Below are positions 9,384 through 19,128 of a stretch of DNA of 52,119 nt, piece by piece. Every line of letters starts with the position of its first letter. Within the stretch, counting starts at the first letter, position 1. The position numbers and the translations under genes are program-made. The DNA is from an uncultured Gammaproteobacteria bacterium (GTDB lineage: Bacteria > Patescibacteriota > Patescibacteriia > Patescibacteriales > GWC2-42-12): assembly GCA_964444625.1 (NCBI GenBank), contig CAYUHZ010000001.1:1-52119 (forward strand), in the 5' to 3' direction. The notes below the pieces were generated by a model, which saw only the letters and a list, made by a program, of their open reading frames with translations, was not told where the DNA came from and did not search any database.

Positions 9384-11942
9384 ATGCCCCATGCACCAAA
9401 AAATTATTTATTCTATATAGAAGAGGATTGTCCTTCTAGATTTGTGGTTGATTTAAAGGAAAAATTTGCAGCTATTGAAAGAAAAAAAACCGAAAAAAAA
9501 GATTTTAATTTTTTATTTTCTAAACTACCTGAGTTTTATAACGAGACACTACTATCTCCTAAAAATGCTCTTCGGGAAATAGCCTTGATTTCCTTATTTT
9601 CAGTTTTTTCTGTAATCATAAAAAAGATAGCGCTCGGAGCGTATTTATTGTTGCAAAAAATTGGTTGGCTAGCTATTTTTTTCATCAGATTTATTTTTTT
9701 ATTCTTTGTAAATCTTGCAAAGCTATTATCGGCTGTTTATTTAATTATTTTCACAAATTGGAAAAATGTTTATCGTATAATTAAGGCGTTAATCATCTCT
9801 TGGGCTATATTATTTGCCGATAAAGTGAGAAAAGTTTTATATATTTTTCTATATAAGCTAAAAATGAAAAAATTTAGCTCATCACCGAATTGCGATATCG
9901 CTAAAAAGACAATCAACAAAACACCAATAGATCTAAAAATATCTTTAAAATCTGCTATTATTTTCACTACCTGTTTGGTTATAATGATTATTCCTTTCAA
10001 ATTATACGGTTGGTATAATCAGTTAAACGAATTAAAGGGAAGAGTATTGGGCGTAAGTAAAATCGCCTTCAATGATCTTTTTTTCGGCGGGAGATTGGTC
10101 AAAGAGTCAAATTTTGATTTTGCTGGGCAAAAATTTCTTCAAGCTAGTGAAAATTTTTATTTGGCAGAACGACAAATCGGGCATATTAATAAAATGGTCG
10201 CTTCGTTGGCCGCCTTAACTCCTAATAAGGAATTGCGCATGGCCTCTGAAGCAGAAAATCTCTTAGCTATCGGGAAAACAACTTCGCTGTTAGCTCAAAA
10301 ATATGTTTCAATTTTAAATGCTGTAATATCGGATAATGAGCTTAAATTAAAACTATTAACCGTCAATAACGTATCCGATGAAGCTTTGATTTTGACTAAG
10401 AAACTTGAGCAACTGATAGGTGAGGTTAATATCGAATCACTGCCAAACCAATATGCTGAATTGTTTGTTATTAGCAAGGGCTATTCTGGATTCATTACTA
10501 AAACCACGGAAAATATTAATCGACTAACAAAGCAATTGATAACTTTTACTGGAGTTGGCGATGGGATAAAAACTCAGACCAAAAAAAGGTATTTGGCGGT
10601 GTTCCAAAATAATACTGAAATAAGGGCTACCGGAGGATTTATCGGCAGCTACGCCTTGATAGATTTTCAGGACGGAAAACTAATCAACATCGAGGTCCCA
10701 AAGGGCGGTAGCTATGACACTGAAGCCGGCTTAAATGAACTTATATTGTCGCCACAACCTATGCATCTTATAAGAACTCGTTGGTTTTTTTGGGATGCCA
10801 ATTGGTGGCCTGATTGGCCAACTTCGGCTAAGAAATTAATGTGGTTTTATGAAAAAAGTAACGGTCCGACTGTTGATGGCGTTATTAGTTTTACTCCCGA
10901 GGTGATCGAACGTTTATTATCAATCATTGGTCCGATTGATATGACCGAAAACTATGGCGTTGTCATTAATGCTGACAATTTTTTACTGAATACGCGAAGC
11001 AGTATCACCGAACAGAAAAATACCAACCAACCCAAAAAAATTATCGGGGATTTAGCCCAAAAAATTATTGAGATAATACCAAAAAAAATATCACGTGAAA
11101 ACATTATTGAATTTTCTAGAATTATTGAACAATCCATGAAAGAAAAAAATATCCTATTTTATTTTTCTGATGATCAACTGCAAAACTATATAAAAAATCA
11201 TGGCTGGTCTGGTGAGGTTGTAAATACTTCAAAAGATTATTTGATGGTGGTAAACACCAATATTGCGGGAGGTAAGAGCGACAAAAAAATAACTCAACAA
11301 ATTTTCCATCAAGCGGAAATCCAATCCGATGGATCTGTTATTGATAGCCTGACTATCATCAGAGAACATCGGGGAATAAAAAACGAGCCTTTTAGTGGTG
11401 TTAGAAATGTAAATTGGTTAAGAATTTACGTGCCGGAAGGAAGCAAGTTGATTTCTGCCGACGGTTTCGAATCTCCTAGTTTTAGTTATTTCAAAAAACC
11501 AGAACTATTTTATTCGTCTGATCCTGATTTAAATAATGAAAACATAGAATTTACCCTTGATACAATCAGTGGGACAAGAATTTACCGCGAATCCAATAAA
11601 ACCGTTTTTGCCAATTGGTCAATGGTTGATCCGGGTAAAAAAACAGTAATTACCATAAGATACCGACTTCCCTTTAATATCTTTTCTAAGCCGATAGAAC
11701 ATAACAACAAATTTGAACAGTTTTTATATCCAAGTCAAAAAACCAGATACACTTATTCCCTTTACCTGCAGAAACAATCTGGCGCAAAAACATCATCAAT
11801 TGAATCAAGAGTGATTTTATTAGATAATTCAAAGCTTGCAGTCTGGCACTATCCGAAAGACCTGCGAATAACCGACGACCAAGGCTGGATAAAGATATCT
11901 GAATTAAACTCCGATAAATTATTTGCTTTTATTATTGAATAA
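9384..11942 (+). CDS. DUF4012 domain-containing membrane-anchored protein
   Basis: 852 aa with N-terminal hydrophobic helices. The block FQNNTEIRATGGFIGSYALIDF is characteristic of DUF4012. Confidence 0.7.
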   Translation: MPHAPKNYLFYIEEDCPSRFVVDLKEKFAAIERKKTEKKDFNFLFSKLPEFYNETLLSPKNALREIALISLFSVFSVIIKKIALGAYLLLQKIGWLAIFFIRFIFLFFVNLAKLLSAVYLIIFTNWKNVYRIIKALIISWAILFADKVRKVLYIFLYKLKMKKFSSSPNCDIAKKTINKTPIDLKISLKSAIIFTTCLVIMIIPFKLYGWYNQLNELKGRVLGVSKIAFNDLFFGGRLVKESNFDFAGQKFLQASENFYLAERQIGHINKMVASLAALTPNKELRMASEAENLLAIGKTTSLLAQKYVSILNAVISDNELKLKLLTVNNVSDEALILTKKLEQLIGEVNIESLPNQYAELFVISKGYSGFITKTTENINRLTKQLITFTGVGDGIKTQTKKRYLAVFQNNTEIRATGGFIGSYALIDFQDGKLINIEVPKGGSYDTEAGLNELILSPQPMHLIRTRWFFWDANWWPDWPTSAKKLMWFYEKSNGPTVDGVISFTPEVIERLLSIIGPIDMTENYGVVINADNFLLNTRSSITEQKNTNQPKKIIGDLAQKIIEIIPKKISRENIIEFSRIIEQSMKEKNILFYFSDDQLQNYIKNHGWSGEVVNTSKDYLMVVNTNIAGGKSDKKITQQIFHQAEIQSDGSVIDSLTIIREHRGIKNEPFSGVRNVNWLRIYVPEGSKLISADGFESPSFSYFKKPELFYSSDPDLNNENIEFTLDTISGTRIYRESNKTVFANWSMVDPGKKTVITIRYRLPFNIFSKPIEHNNKFEQFLYPSQKTRYTYSLYLQKQSGAKTSSIESRVILLDNSKLAVWHYPKDLRITDDQGWIKISELNSDKLFAFIIE

Positions 11943-11946
11943 AAAT

Positions 11947-13905
11947 ATGTCAAAAATAAAAATTACCAAAAAAGAAAACTCGGAAGAAAGCGAAAATTTT
12001 GTTGAAAAACCGCTACCAGATGCTCAAGAATTAAATCAAATTGAACGCAATATAAACAATGAAGTACGGGCAGAGGAAATCAAAGAAAGCTTGGCTGAAA
12101 TATATCAAGACGAAAATGGCCAAACCGTCGATGTGCATCGACTTGAAATAAAAAAAAGAAGCGGAATTGTTATGAGAACTATCAGGGGTGTAATTTTAAT
12201 TTCTTTGATCGCAACTACAGTCTGGTACGGATATAATTATATTTATTTACCTAGAGGTAATGATGCATTAGCCGTTGAATTATCTATCAATAGCGATAAA
12301 GAAGTTGTTGCAAATCAAGAATTTTATTATTTAATAACTGTTAAAAATACAAATAATTCTGAAATAACTAATTTGCAGCTTCAGGCTAATTACCCCGAAA
12401 ACTTCATTTATTTAGAGAGCGAGCCATCGCCACAGCGTAATAATAATTTTTGGTCTTTGTCAAGCCTAAAAGCCCGCGATATTTTTGAAATTAAAATCAA
12501 AGGCAAGCTAATAGGCAAAAAGGGGGATAGCGCGATTCTGTTATCTGATTTAACTTATATTCCATCAAATATAACCAGTGAATTCAAAAAATCAGCCAGC
12601 TTTAAAAAAAACTTAGCTGAGTCAGGCCTAGACTGGAGGATTGAAAATTCAAACAACGTTATTTTAAACGAGGAAAACACTGTATCGTTTTTTTACAAAC
12701 TGCAGCCAGTATCTTATTTAACTGAAATTTTTGTTTCGATTTCAACTCCTGAAAATTTTGATTTCTTAACTTTAGCTAACAATAATGCTGCCCCTACCAA
12801 AGAATCAGCCCAAGCTATCTTGATGGTTAAACCCGGATTATGGAAAATCAACCAACTTGACAATGAAGAAAAGGAATTTCCGATTAGATTTAAGGTAAAA
12901 AATAAAATTGATGATACTCAGGAACTATTGATAAAAATTGGTTTGCAAGATGAAAATAAAAAAGATTATATTTTCGCTGAGAGTAAAATTAATTTATCAA
13001 TTATTCAAAATAATCTTAATTTAAACATAATTATCAATGGCTCAAGGTCTGATCAGGGAGTTGATTTCGGTCAAAAATTAAATTACTCGTTAGTTTATTC
13101 CAATAAGGGAGAAGTCGAGATGAAGGATGTGATTATAATGGCAGTCTTGGAAAGTGATTTTCTGGATTGGAGCACTATAGACGATCCAAGTAATGGACAA
13201 AAAAGGGGCAATACTATCAGTTGGAGTAAATCAGAGATTGAAGCCTTGTCTCTTTTAGAAAAAAACAATGAAGGGACGATAGATTTTTCGATTAATGTTA
13301 AAAACTACAACGAAACTGATTTCAAGAAAAACTTTCAGATAAAAAGCTACGCTCAATACAACGTAGGCGACAAAACGGCCGAGGCTTCAGAAAATACCAG
13401 GAGTAATATTATTACCAACAAAATTAATACTAATATAAACCTTGTAGAACAAGTGGTTTATTTCAATCAAGACAATATTGCTGTCGGCACAGGACCGTTA
13501 CCGCCCCATGTAGGTGAAACTACCAGTTTTAAGGTTTACTGGAGTTTATCCAATAATTTACACGAGTTAAACGATTTGAAAATATTCGTTGATCTGCCTA
13601 GTTATATAAATTGGGATAACAAAAAACAAACCACCTTGGGCAATTTAGCATACGACGAAACCTATCATCGAGTAACATGGAATATCGGCAGATACCCCCT
13701 ATCGGCATACAAAAGTGAAGCGGAGTTTAGTATTAGCCTAAAACCCGATCCGCAAGATTACAATAAAATAATCGTCTTATTGCCGGGGACTTCAATTGAA
13801 GGCACGGATGTTGAAACGAATTCTAAAATTACTAAAACAACCAAAGCAAAAACATCGAAATTGGAAGATGATCCGATAGCTAATATCGATGGTCGAATCC
13901 AATAA
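11947..13905 (+). CDS. Membrane-anchored protein with repeated DUF11/CARDB-like beta-sandwich domains
   Basis: ATG at 11947 (MSKIKITKK). There is one TM helix near residue 90. At least three repeats follow the pattern x-Y-x-I/L-x-V-x-N-x-(N/G)...(D/N)-hydrophobic, for example FYYLITVKNTNNSEITNLQL, LNYSLVYSNKGEVEMKDVII and TSFKVYWSLSNNLHELNDLKI. Confidence 0.55.
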   Translation: MSKIKITKKENSEESENFVEKPLPDAQELNQIERNINNEVRAEEIKESLAEIYQDENGQTVDVHRLEIKKRSGIVMRTIRGVILISLIATTVWYGYNYIYLPRGNDALAVELSINSDKEVVANQEFYYLITVKNTNNSEITNLQLQANYPENFIYLESEPSPQRNNNFWSLSSLKARDIFEIKIKGKLIGKKGDSAILLSDLTYIPSNITSEFKKSASFKKNLAESGLDWRIENSNNVILNEENTVSFFYKLQPVSYLTEIFVSISTPENFDFLTLANNNAAPTKESAQAILMVKPGLWKINQLDNEEKEFPIRFKVKNKIDDTQELLIKIGLQDENKKDYIFAESKINLSIIQNNLNLNIIINGSRSDQGVDFGQKLNYSLVYSNKGEVEMKDVIIMAVLESDFLDWSTIDDPSNGQKRGNTISWSKSEIEALSLLEKNNEGTIDFSINVKNYNETDFKKNFQIKSYAQYNVGDKTAEASENTRSNIITNKINTNINLVEQVVYFNQDNIAVGTGPLPPHVGETTSFKVYWSLSNNLHELNDLKIFVDLPSYINWDNKKQTTLGNLAYDETYHRVTWNIGRYPLSAYKSEAEFSISLKPDPQDYNKIIVLLPGTSIEGTDVETNSKITKTTKAKTSKLEDDPIANIDGRIQ

Positions 13906-13906
13906 A

Positions 13907-15046
13907 ATGTTTAAACTACTGAAAAAATCATCTTTATCTCGGGCAAGAATAGCCACATTGTCTACTGGCCGTGCGGATATATTAACGCCCTTTTTCATGC
14001 CTGTTGCGACCAGGGGAGTGGTAAAAAATATCAGCAGCAATGATTTGGCGCGCCTCGGATATAAAATAATTTTAAGTAACACCTATCATCTATTATTGCG
14101 CCCGGGCAATGATTTCATAAAAAAAGTCGGCGGGTTGCATAAATTCATTGATTGGCCGGGGGCGATACTTACCGATAGCGGTGGTTTTCAAATTTTTTCA
14201 TTAAGCCGCGATAAAAATAAATCCGGCAAAAGCTTGATTCAACTCAAAAAAAGTGGAGTTGAATTTAAATCTTATCTAGACGGAAAATCTTATTATCTTA
14301 CGCCGGAAAAAATCGTTCAAATTCAGGTCGACTTGGGCGTTGACATTGCTGTTTGTTTGGATGAATGCGTATCTCTGCCAGCGGAAAAAAGCTATCTTGA
14401 AAAATCAATTGAATTAACGTCTCGTTGGGCTAAACGAAGCAAAATTTATCATAATAAACTGAAAGGAAATAAGCCTTTGCTTTTTTGTGTCATCCAAGGG
14501 GGTTTATTTCCTGATTTACGACTAAAAAGTTTGGCTAGTTTATCGAAAATGAATTTTGATGGTTATAATATCGGCGGGTTATCAGTTGGAGAGACGGAAT
14601 CGGAAATGTATCAAATAATTGAAAATTTATCTCCCCATCTCCCGCAAGACAAACCTCATTACCTCATGGGGGTTGGATATCCGGAAAATATCATTGAAGC
14701 AGTTAAATACGGCATCGATATGTTTGATTGCGTCATACCAACAAGAGAAGGACGGCACGGTAAATTATTCGCTTGGCAGAATTACCGTTGTGGCGAGAAA
14801 ATTCTAGACAGTAAAAAGATCTATCAAACCTGCGATATCACGCTTGCTAAATATAGCTTTGATCATTCTCCGATTAATAAACATTCTAGTTTCCCCGAAC
14901 TGGTTAAGCATTCTAAGTCTTATTTGAATTATTTATTTAAAATAAATGAACCATTGGCATCAAGGCTGGCTACTATCAATAACCTGGAATTTTATCATCA
15001 GCTGATGGTTAATCTGCAAATACTTATAAAAAACAACAAAATATAG
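13907..15046 (+). CDS. tgt: tRNA-guanine transglycosylase (queuine tRNA-ribosyltransferase)
   Basis: Motifs LTDSGGFQ, LDEC, GGLSVGE and LMGVGYPENIIEAVKYGIDMFDCV. ATG at 13907 lies just after the upstream stop. Confidence 0.9.
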   Translation: MFKLLKKSSLSRARIATLSTGRADILTPFFMPVATRGVVKNISSNDLARLGYKIILSNTYHLLLRPGNDFIKKVGGLHKFIDWPGAILTDSGGFQIFSLSRDKNKSGKSLIQLKKSGVEFKSYLDGKSYYLTPEKIVQIQVDLGVDIAVCLDECVSLPAEKSYLEKSIELTSRWAKRSKIYHNKLKGNKPLLFCVIQGGLFPDLRLKSLASLSKMNFDGYNIGGLSVGETESEMYQIIENLSPHLPQDKPHYLMGVGYPENIIEAVKYGIDMFDCVIPTREGRHGKLFAWQNYRCGEKILDSKKIYQTCDITLAKYSFDHSPINKHSSFPELVKHSKSYLNYLFKINEPLASRLATINNLEFYHQLMVNLQILIKNNKI

Positions 15047-15106
15047 CTCTATAGACATAATATTAAAAATTTGATAAATATTACAAATAATAATTCTCAT
15101 ATATTT

Positions 15107-15358
15107 ATGGAAAGTAAAAATACTAATATTGATATAACTGAAAAAAATATCACCGCGTCGCTTCTTGAATGCATCAATAGATTACCTGATTTACACTATC
15201 CTTTTTTTCATTCCTATTTTTTTACCGGGTTAACCTCGCAAGGGCATGGTTATGAAAAAATAATTTTATTTTTCGCGCTTTTACTAATAGCTTTTAACGC
15301 TTGGTCGGCAAAGTTAGCGCTTCAGGGCGAGCTAATATGGAAAAAAAACAGCGCTTGA
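15107..15358 (+). CDS. Hypothetical small protein with one hydrophobic helix
   Basis: ORF only, with no recognisable motif. The ATG at 15107 lies inside the TTG-initiated 95-aa ORF. Confidence 0.25.
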   Translation: MESKNTNIDITEKNITASLLECINRLPDLHYPFFHSYFFTGLTSQGHGYEKIILFFALLLIAFNAWSAKLALQGELIWKKNSA

Positions 15359-15520
15359 CTTGCCGACCAAGCGATAAAGTAAATTTGAAAAAAAACTTAG
15401 ATATTTTGTTGAATAGCATCCCAGATCAAAAAAATAAAGATGAAATAAAAAAAATATTTCCTCTCTAACATAAATTAATTTGAGCTAGTGAATTTTCCCT
15501 TCTTGAAATACAAAACCATC

Positions 15521-16624
15521 ATGATCCGCTCTAAAAAACTGAAAATAGCAGTTGCTTTATCCGGGGGAGTGGACTCGGCTGTTGCTGCCAAACTACTCAC
15601 CGAACAAGGCCATGAAATAATCGGCTTATTTATAAATTTCTGGCGAGAAAGCGCATCTACCAAAGAAAATAAGTGCTGTTCAAATAACGCGCTAAAAGAC
15701 GCTAGATTGGTCGCTCAAAAAATCGGTTTTCCGCTCTATGTTATGAATTTCAGCAGCAAATTCAAGAAAATAGTAGTAGAAGATTTTTTAGAATCTTATG
15801 ACCGAGGAGAAACGCCTAATCCGTGCGTTATTTGCAATAAAAAAATCAAACTAGGATTACTAATAAAAAAAGCCCAAGAATTAGGCTATAATTTTGTTGC
15901 TACCGGTCACTATGCACGACTTGAGTCAAATATAGAGTCGCCAAGGAAAAACCAACAAAACATGATCTACCGGCTTTACCGAGCTGAAGATAAATTAAAA
16001 GACCAATCATACTTTCTGTATTCTTTGAACCAATCAGAATTAAAACACTTAATTTTCCCCCTGGCTGATTTAGAAAAAAAGCAAGTCAGACAGTTGGCTA
16101 AAAAATTCAACTTACCCGTAGCTCAAAAAAAAGAAAGCCAAGAAATATGTTTTATTCCTGAAAAAAGTCATAATGATTTTTTAAAACGACATTTGAAACT
16201 CAGACCAGGAATAATTAAAAACACAAAAGGAGAAACAGTAGGGCAACATCAGGGATTACCCCTTTATACCATCGGCCAACGTAAGGGCGTAGAAATCGGC
16301 GGAAAGGGACCTTTTTATGTGGTAGAAAAAAAACTACAAAAAAATATTTTATTGGTAACCGATAAAAAAAACGACAATCGGCTTTATAAAACTAAATTTT
16401 CTGTAAAAAATTTCAATTGGATGTCTGACCAAAAAACAAAGTTTCCGTTTGCATGCGAGGTAGTTATCCGCTATCGTCATCCGCCTGTTAAATGCAAGAT
16501 TGTTGATTGTTGCGAGAACAAATTAACAATAACCTTAAACGAACCACAAAGAGCCGTAACCAAGGGCCAAAGTGCGGTTTTTTACCTCAAAGATCAAGTA
16601 CTGGGCGGCGGGATAATTGCATAG
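15521..16624 (+). CDS. mnmA: tRNA 2-thiouridine(34) synthase
   Basis: PP-loop ALSGGVDSAV and catalytic cysteine contexts NPCVICN and SQEICF. ATG at 15521. Confidence 0.9.
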   Translation: MIRSKKLKIAVALSGGVDSAVAAKLLTEQGHEIIGLFINFWRESASTKENKCCSNNALKDARLVAQKIGFPLYVMNFSSKFKKIVVEDFLESYDRGETPNPCVICNKKIKLGLLIKKAQELGYNFVATGHYARLESNIESPRKNQQNMIYRLYRAEDKLKDQSYFLYSLNQSELKHLIFPLADLEKKQVRQLAKKFNLPVAQKKESQEICFIPEKSHNDFLKRHLKLRPGIIKNTKGETVGQHQGLPLYTIGQRKGVEIGGKGPFYVVEKKLQKNILLVTDKKNDNRLYKTKFSVKNFNWMSDQKTKFPFACEVVIRYRHPPVKCKIVDCCENKLTITLNEPQRAVTKGQSAVFYLKDQVLGGGIIA

Positions 16625-16681
16625 GTTTGCCAAAAATCTAATCTTTTTGTATGCTGAAAACATCTTTATAAGTTAATTTTT

Positions 16682-18559
16682 ATGACCTCAAAAGAAATAC
16701 GCCAAAAATATTTATCTTTTTTTCAAGCCAAAAGCCACGCGATTATCACTAGCGCTTCAGTTCTCCCCGAGAATGACTCAACAACCTTGTTTACTAGCTC
16801 TGGCATGCAACCACTCCTTCCTTATCTTTTGGGAGAAAAACATCCCTCAGGCAACCGCTTGGTCAACTCGCAAAAGTCATTCAGAGCTGAAGACATTGAT
16901 GAAGTGGGAGACAATCGACATACAACTTTCTTTGAAATGCTCGGTAATTGGTCGCTTGGCGATTATTTCAAACAAGAACAATTAACTTGGGTTTTTTCTT
17001 TTTTGATTGATGAATTAAAAATTGACCCAAACCGACTTTATGCTACTGTATTCCGAGGTGATTCGGAAATTGGGATTAGCCGCGACGATGATTCGGTTAA
17101 CATGCTGAAAAAAATTTTTGCCTCAGCCGGCCTTATAGCAGAAGCGCAAGACTTTGCCGAAAATGATGGGATGAGAGTCGGTGCAAGAATTTTTTATTAT
17201 CCAGCAAAAAAAAATTGGTGGTCTAGATCGGGGTTGCCAGCTAACATGCCGATCGGGGAGCCAGGCGGTCCTGATAGTGAAATATTTTTTGACCTGGGCG
17301 CAAGTCTAAAAAAACATGAAAAATCGATTTGGTCAGACAAGCCATGCCATGTTAATTGCGACTGTGGTCGATTTATTGAAATAGGCAATAGCGTATTCAT
17401 GGAATATCAAAAAACAAATTCCGGATTTGAAAAACTAAAACAACAGAATGTTGACTTTGGCGGAGGATTAGAAAGGCTGACAATGGCTGTCCAAGGTTTT
17501 GATAATATTTTCGAAACCGATCTTTTTTCTAATATTATTCAAAAAATTTCCCAATTATCGAATAAAAAATACCGTGACCAAATGAAAGAATTCGAGATAA
17601 TAGCTGATCACTTGCGCGCTGCTACTTTTATCATCGGTGATGACAAGGGAATTTCTCCGGCAAATACTGGGCAAGGATATGTGGTCAGACGATTAGTCAG
17701 GCGCGCCATAAGATACGGCATGCAATTGGGAATTTATAATGAATTATGGACCAAGGAAATAGCAAAAATCGTTTCCCATGATTACTGCGATATTTATCCT
17801 GAACTATCAAAAAATATCAATTTTGTAATTGAGCAACTAAAGGAAGAGGAATCAAAGTTTAAAAAAACTATTGAGAGGGGTTTGAAGGAATTTGAAAAAA
17901 TAAAAACAAATAAAACAATAAATGGCGAAACAATTTTTAATTTATATCAAAGCTACGGTTTCCCCTTTGAAATGACCAAAGAGTTAGCCACTGAAAAAGG
18001 CATTAAAATTGATGAAACTGACTTTAATGACTATCTTCAAAAGCATCAAGAACTCTCACGTACTGCCTCGGCTGGCATGTTTAAGGGAGGTTTGGCGAAT
18101 TCAAGCGAGGCAACAATCAAATATCATACTGCAGCACACTTGATGCTTGCGGCCCTAAGGAAAGTTCTTGGTGAACATGTCGTGCAAAAGGGAAGTAATA
18201 TTACCGCGGAAAGATTGCGCTTTGATTTTTCACATCCGGAGAAAATGACACCGGAACAACTAAAACAAGTCGAGATATTGGTCAACCAAGCTATTATCCA
18301 AAAATTATCAGTCACTTGCCAAGAAATTGATATTGAACAGGCCAAAAAAGAAGGCGCGATGGGAGTTTTTAATTCTAAATATGGACAAAAAGTTAAAGTT
18401 TACACCATAACCGACTCCAATATCAACAATATTCCTTTCAGCAAGGAAATCTGTGGCGGACCACATGTTGAAAGTTTAAAAAACTTGGGCGTATTTCAAA
18501 TAATAAAAGAAGAGAGTTCCAGTTCCGGGATAAGGAGAATAAAGGCAATTTTAAAATAA
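16682..18559 (+). CDS. alaS: Alanine--tRNA ligase, short form lacking the C-Ala domain
   Basis: The N-terminus MTSKEIRQKYLSFF is typical of AlaRS. The editing-site motifs HTAAHLM (HxxxH) and CGGPHV (CxxxH) are present. The protein is only 625 aa. Confidence 0.9.
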   Translation: MTSKEIRQKYLSFFQAKSHAIITSASVLPENDSTTLFTSSGMQPLLPYLLGEKHPSGNRLVNSQKSFRAEDIDEVGDNRHTTFFEMLGNWSLGDYFKQEQLTWVFSFLIDELKIDPNRLYATVFRGDSEIGISRDDDSVNMLKKIFASAGLIAEAQDFAENDGMRVGARIFYYPAKKNWWSRSGLPANMPIGEPGGPDSEIFFDLGASLKKHEKSIWSDKPCHVNCDCGRFIEIGNSVFMEYQKTNSGFEKLKQQNVDFGGGLERLTMAVQGFDNIFETDLFSNIIQKISQLSNKKYRDQMKEFEIIADHLRAATFIIGDDKGISPANTGQGYVVRRLVRRAIRYGMQLGIYNELWTKEIAKIVSHDYCDIYPELSKNINFVIEQLKEEESKFKKTIERGLKEFEKIKTNKTINGETIFNLYQSYGFPFEMTKELATEKGIKIDETDFNDYLQKHQELSRTASAGMFKGGLANSSEATIKYHTAAHLMLAALRKVLGEHVVQKGSNITAERLRFDFSHPEKMTPEQLKQVEILVNQAIIQKLSVTCQEIDIEQAKKEGAMGVFNSKYGQKVKVYTITDSNINNIPFSKEICGGPHVESLKNLGVFQIIKEESSSSGIRRIKAILK

Positions 18560-18622
18560 TTTTGCTAATATTAAATTAATTTTTATAAAAAGTAAAAATA
18601 TTATTAACTAAAAATACTCGTC

Positions 18623-18651
18623 TTGACAGAATAATATTTTGACTATATAAT
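18623..18651 (+). promoter_or_regulatory. Perfect consensus sigma-70 promoter upstream of the infA-rpmJ-rpsM... operon
   Basis: TTGACA (18623-18628), a 17-nt spacer, then TATAAT (18646-18651). Confidence 0.6.
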
Positions 18652-18691
18652 AACTAAAGATTATTAATAAAAGCTTTATTAATTGTAAATC

Positions 18692-18714
18692 ATTTACCAA
18701 AAATTTTGGTAAAT
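18692..18714. promoter_or_regulatory. Perfect 23-bp palindrome in the infA leader
   Basis: ATTTACCAAAA-A-TTTTGGTAAAT has 11-bp arms. A third half-site, TTTACCAAAA, recurs at 18723-18732. Confidence 0.45.
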
Positions 18715-18752
18715 TTTTAAATTTTACCAAAATTTTTTGAGTATAAATTTTA

Positions 18753-18989
18753 ATGGATAAACAAGATTCGATAATCAATTCCAAGGAATTTATTGAGATG
18801 CAAGGGGAAGTAATGGAGCTATTGCCGGCTGCGGCTTTTAAGGTCCAACTGGAAAATGGTCATGAAATTTTAGCTCATTTGTCAGGAAAAATGAGAATGA
18901 ATAAAATTAGATTATTACCTGGCGATAGGGTAAAATTGCAAATAAGTCCTTATGATTTAACTAGAGGTAGGATTATTTATCGATTGTAA
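18753..18989 (+). CDS. infA: Translation initiation factor IF-1
   Basis: 78 aa. Contains the S1-like IF-1 block [45 protein letters not shown]. Confidence 0.9.
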   Translation: MDKQDSIINSKEFIEMQGEVMELLPAAAFKVQLENGHEILAHLSGKMRMNKIRLLPGDRVKLQISPYDLTRGRIIYRL

Positions 18990-18993
18990 TATT

Positions 18994-19107
18994 ATGAAAG
19001 TAAGAGCAAGCGTAAAAGCAATTTGTAAAGATTGCAAAGTTTTAAGGCGGAAAAATCGTCTGCATGTAATCTGTAAAAACCCTAAACACAAACAAAGACA
19101 GGGTTAA
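18994..19107 (+). CDS. rpmJ: 50S ribosomal protein L36
   Basis: Not in the supplied ORF track, so I translated it by hand: [37 protein letters not shown] (37 aa). It is in the canonical position between infA and rpsM. Confidence 0.85.
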   Translation: MKVRASVKAICKDCKVLRRKNRLHVICKNPKHKQRQG

Positions 19108-19128
19108 TTTATTTTTAATTATCTTAAT

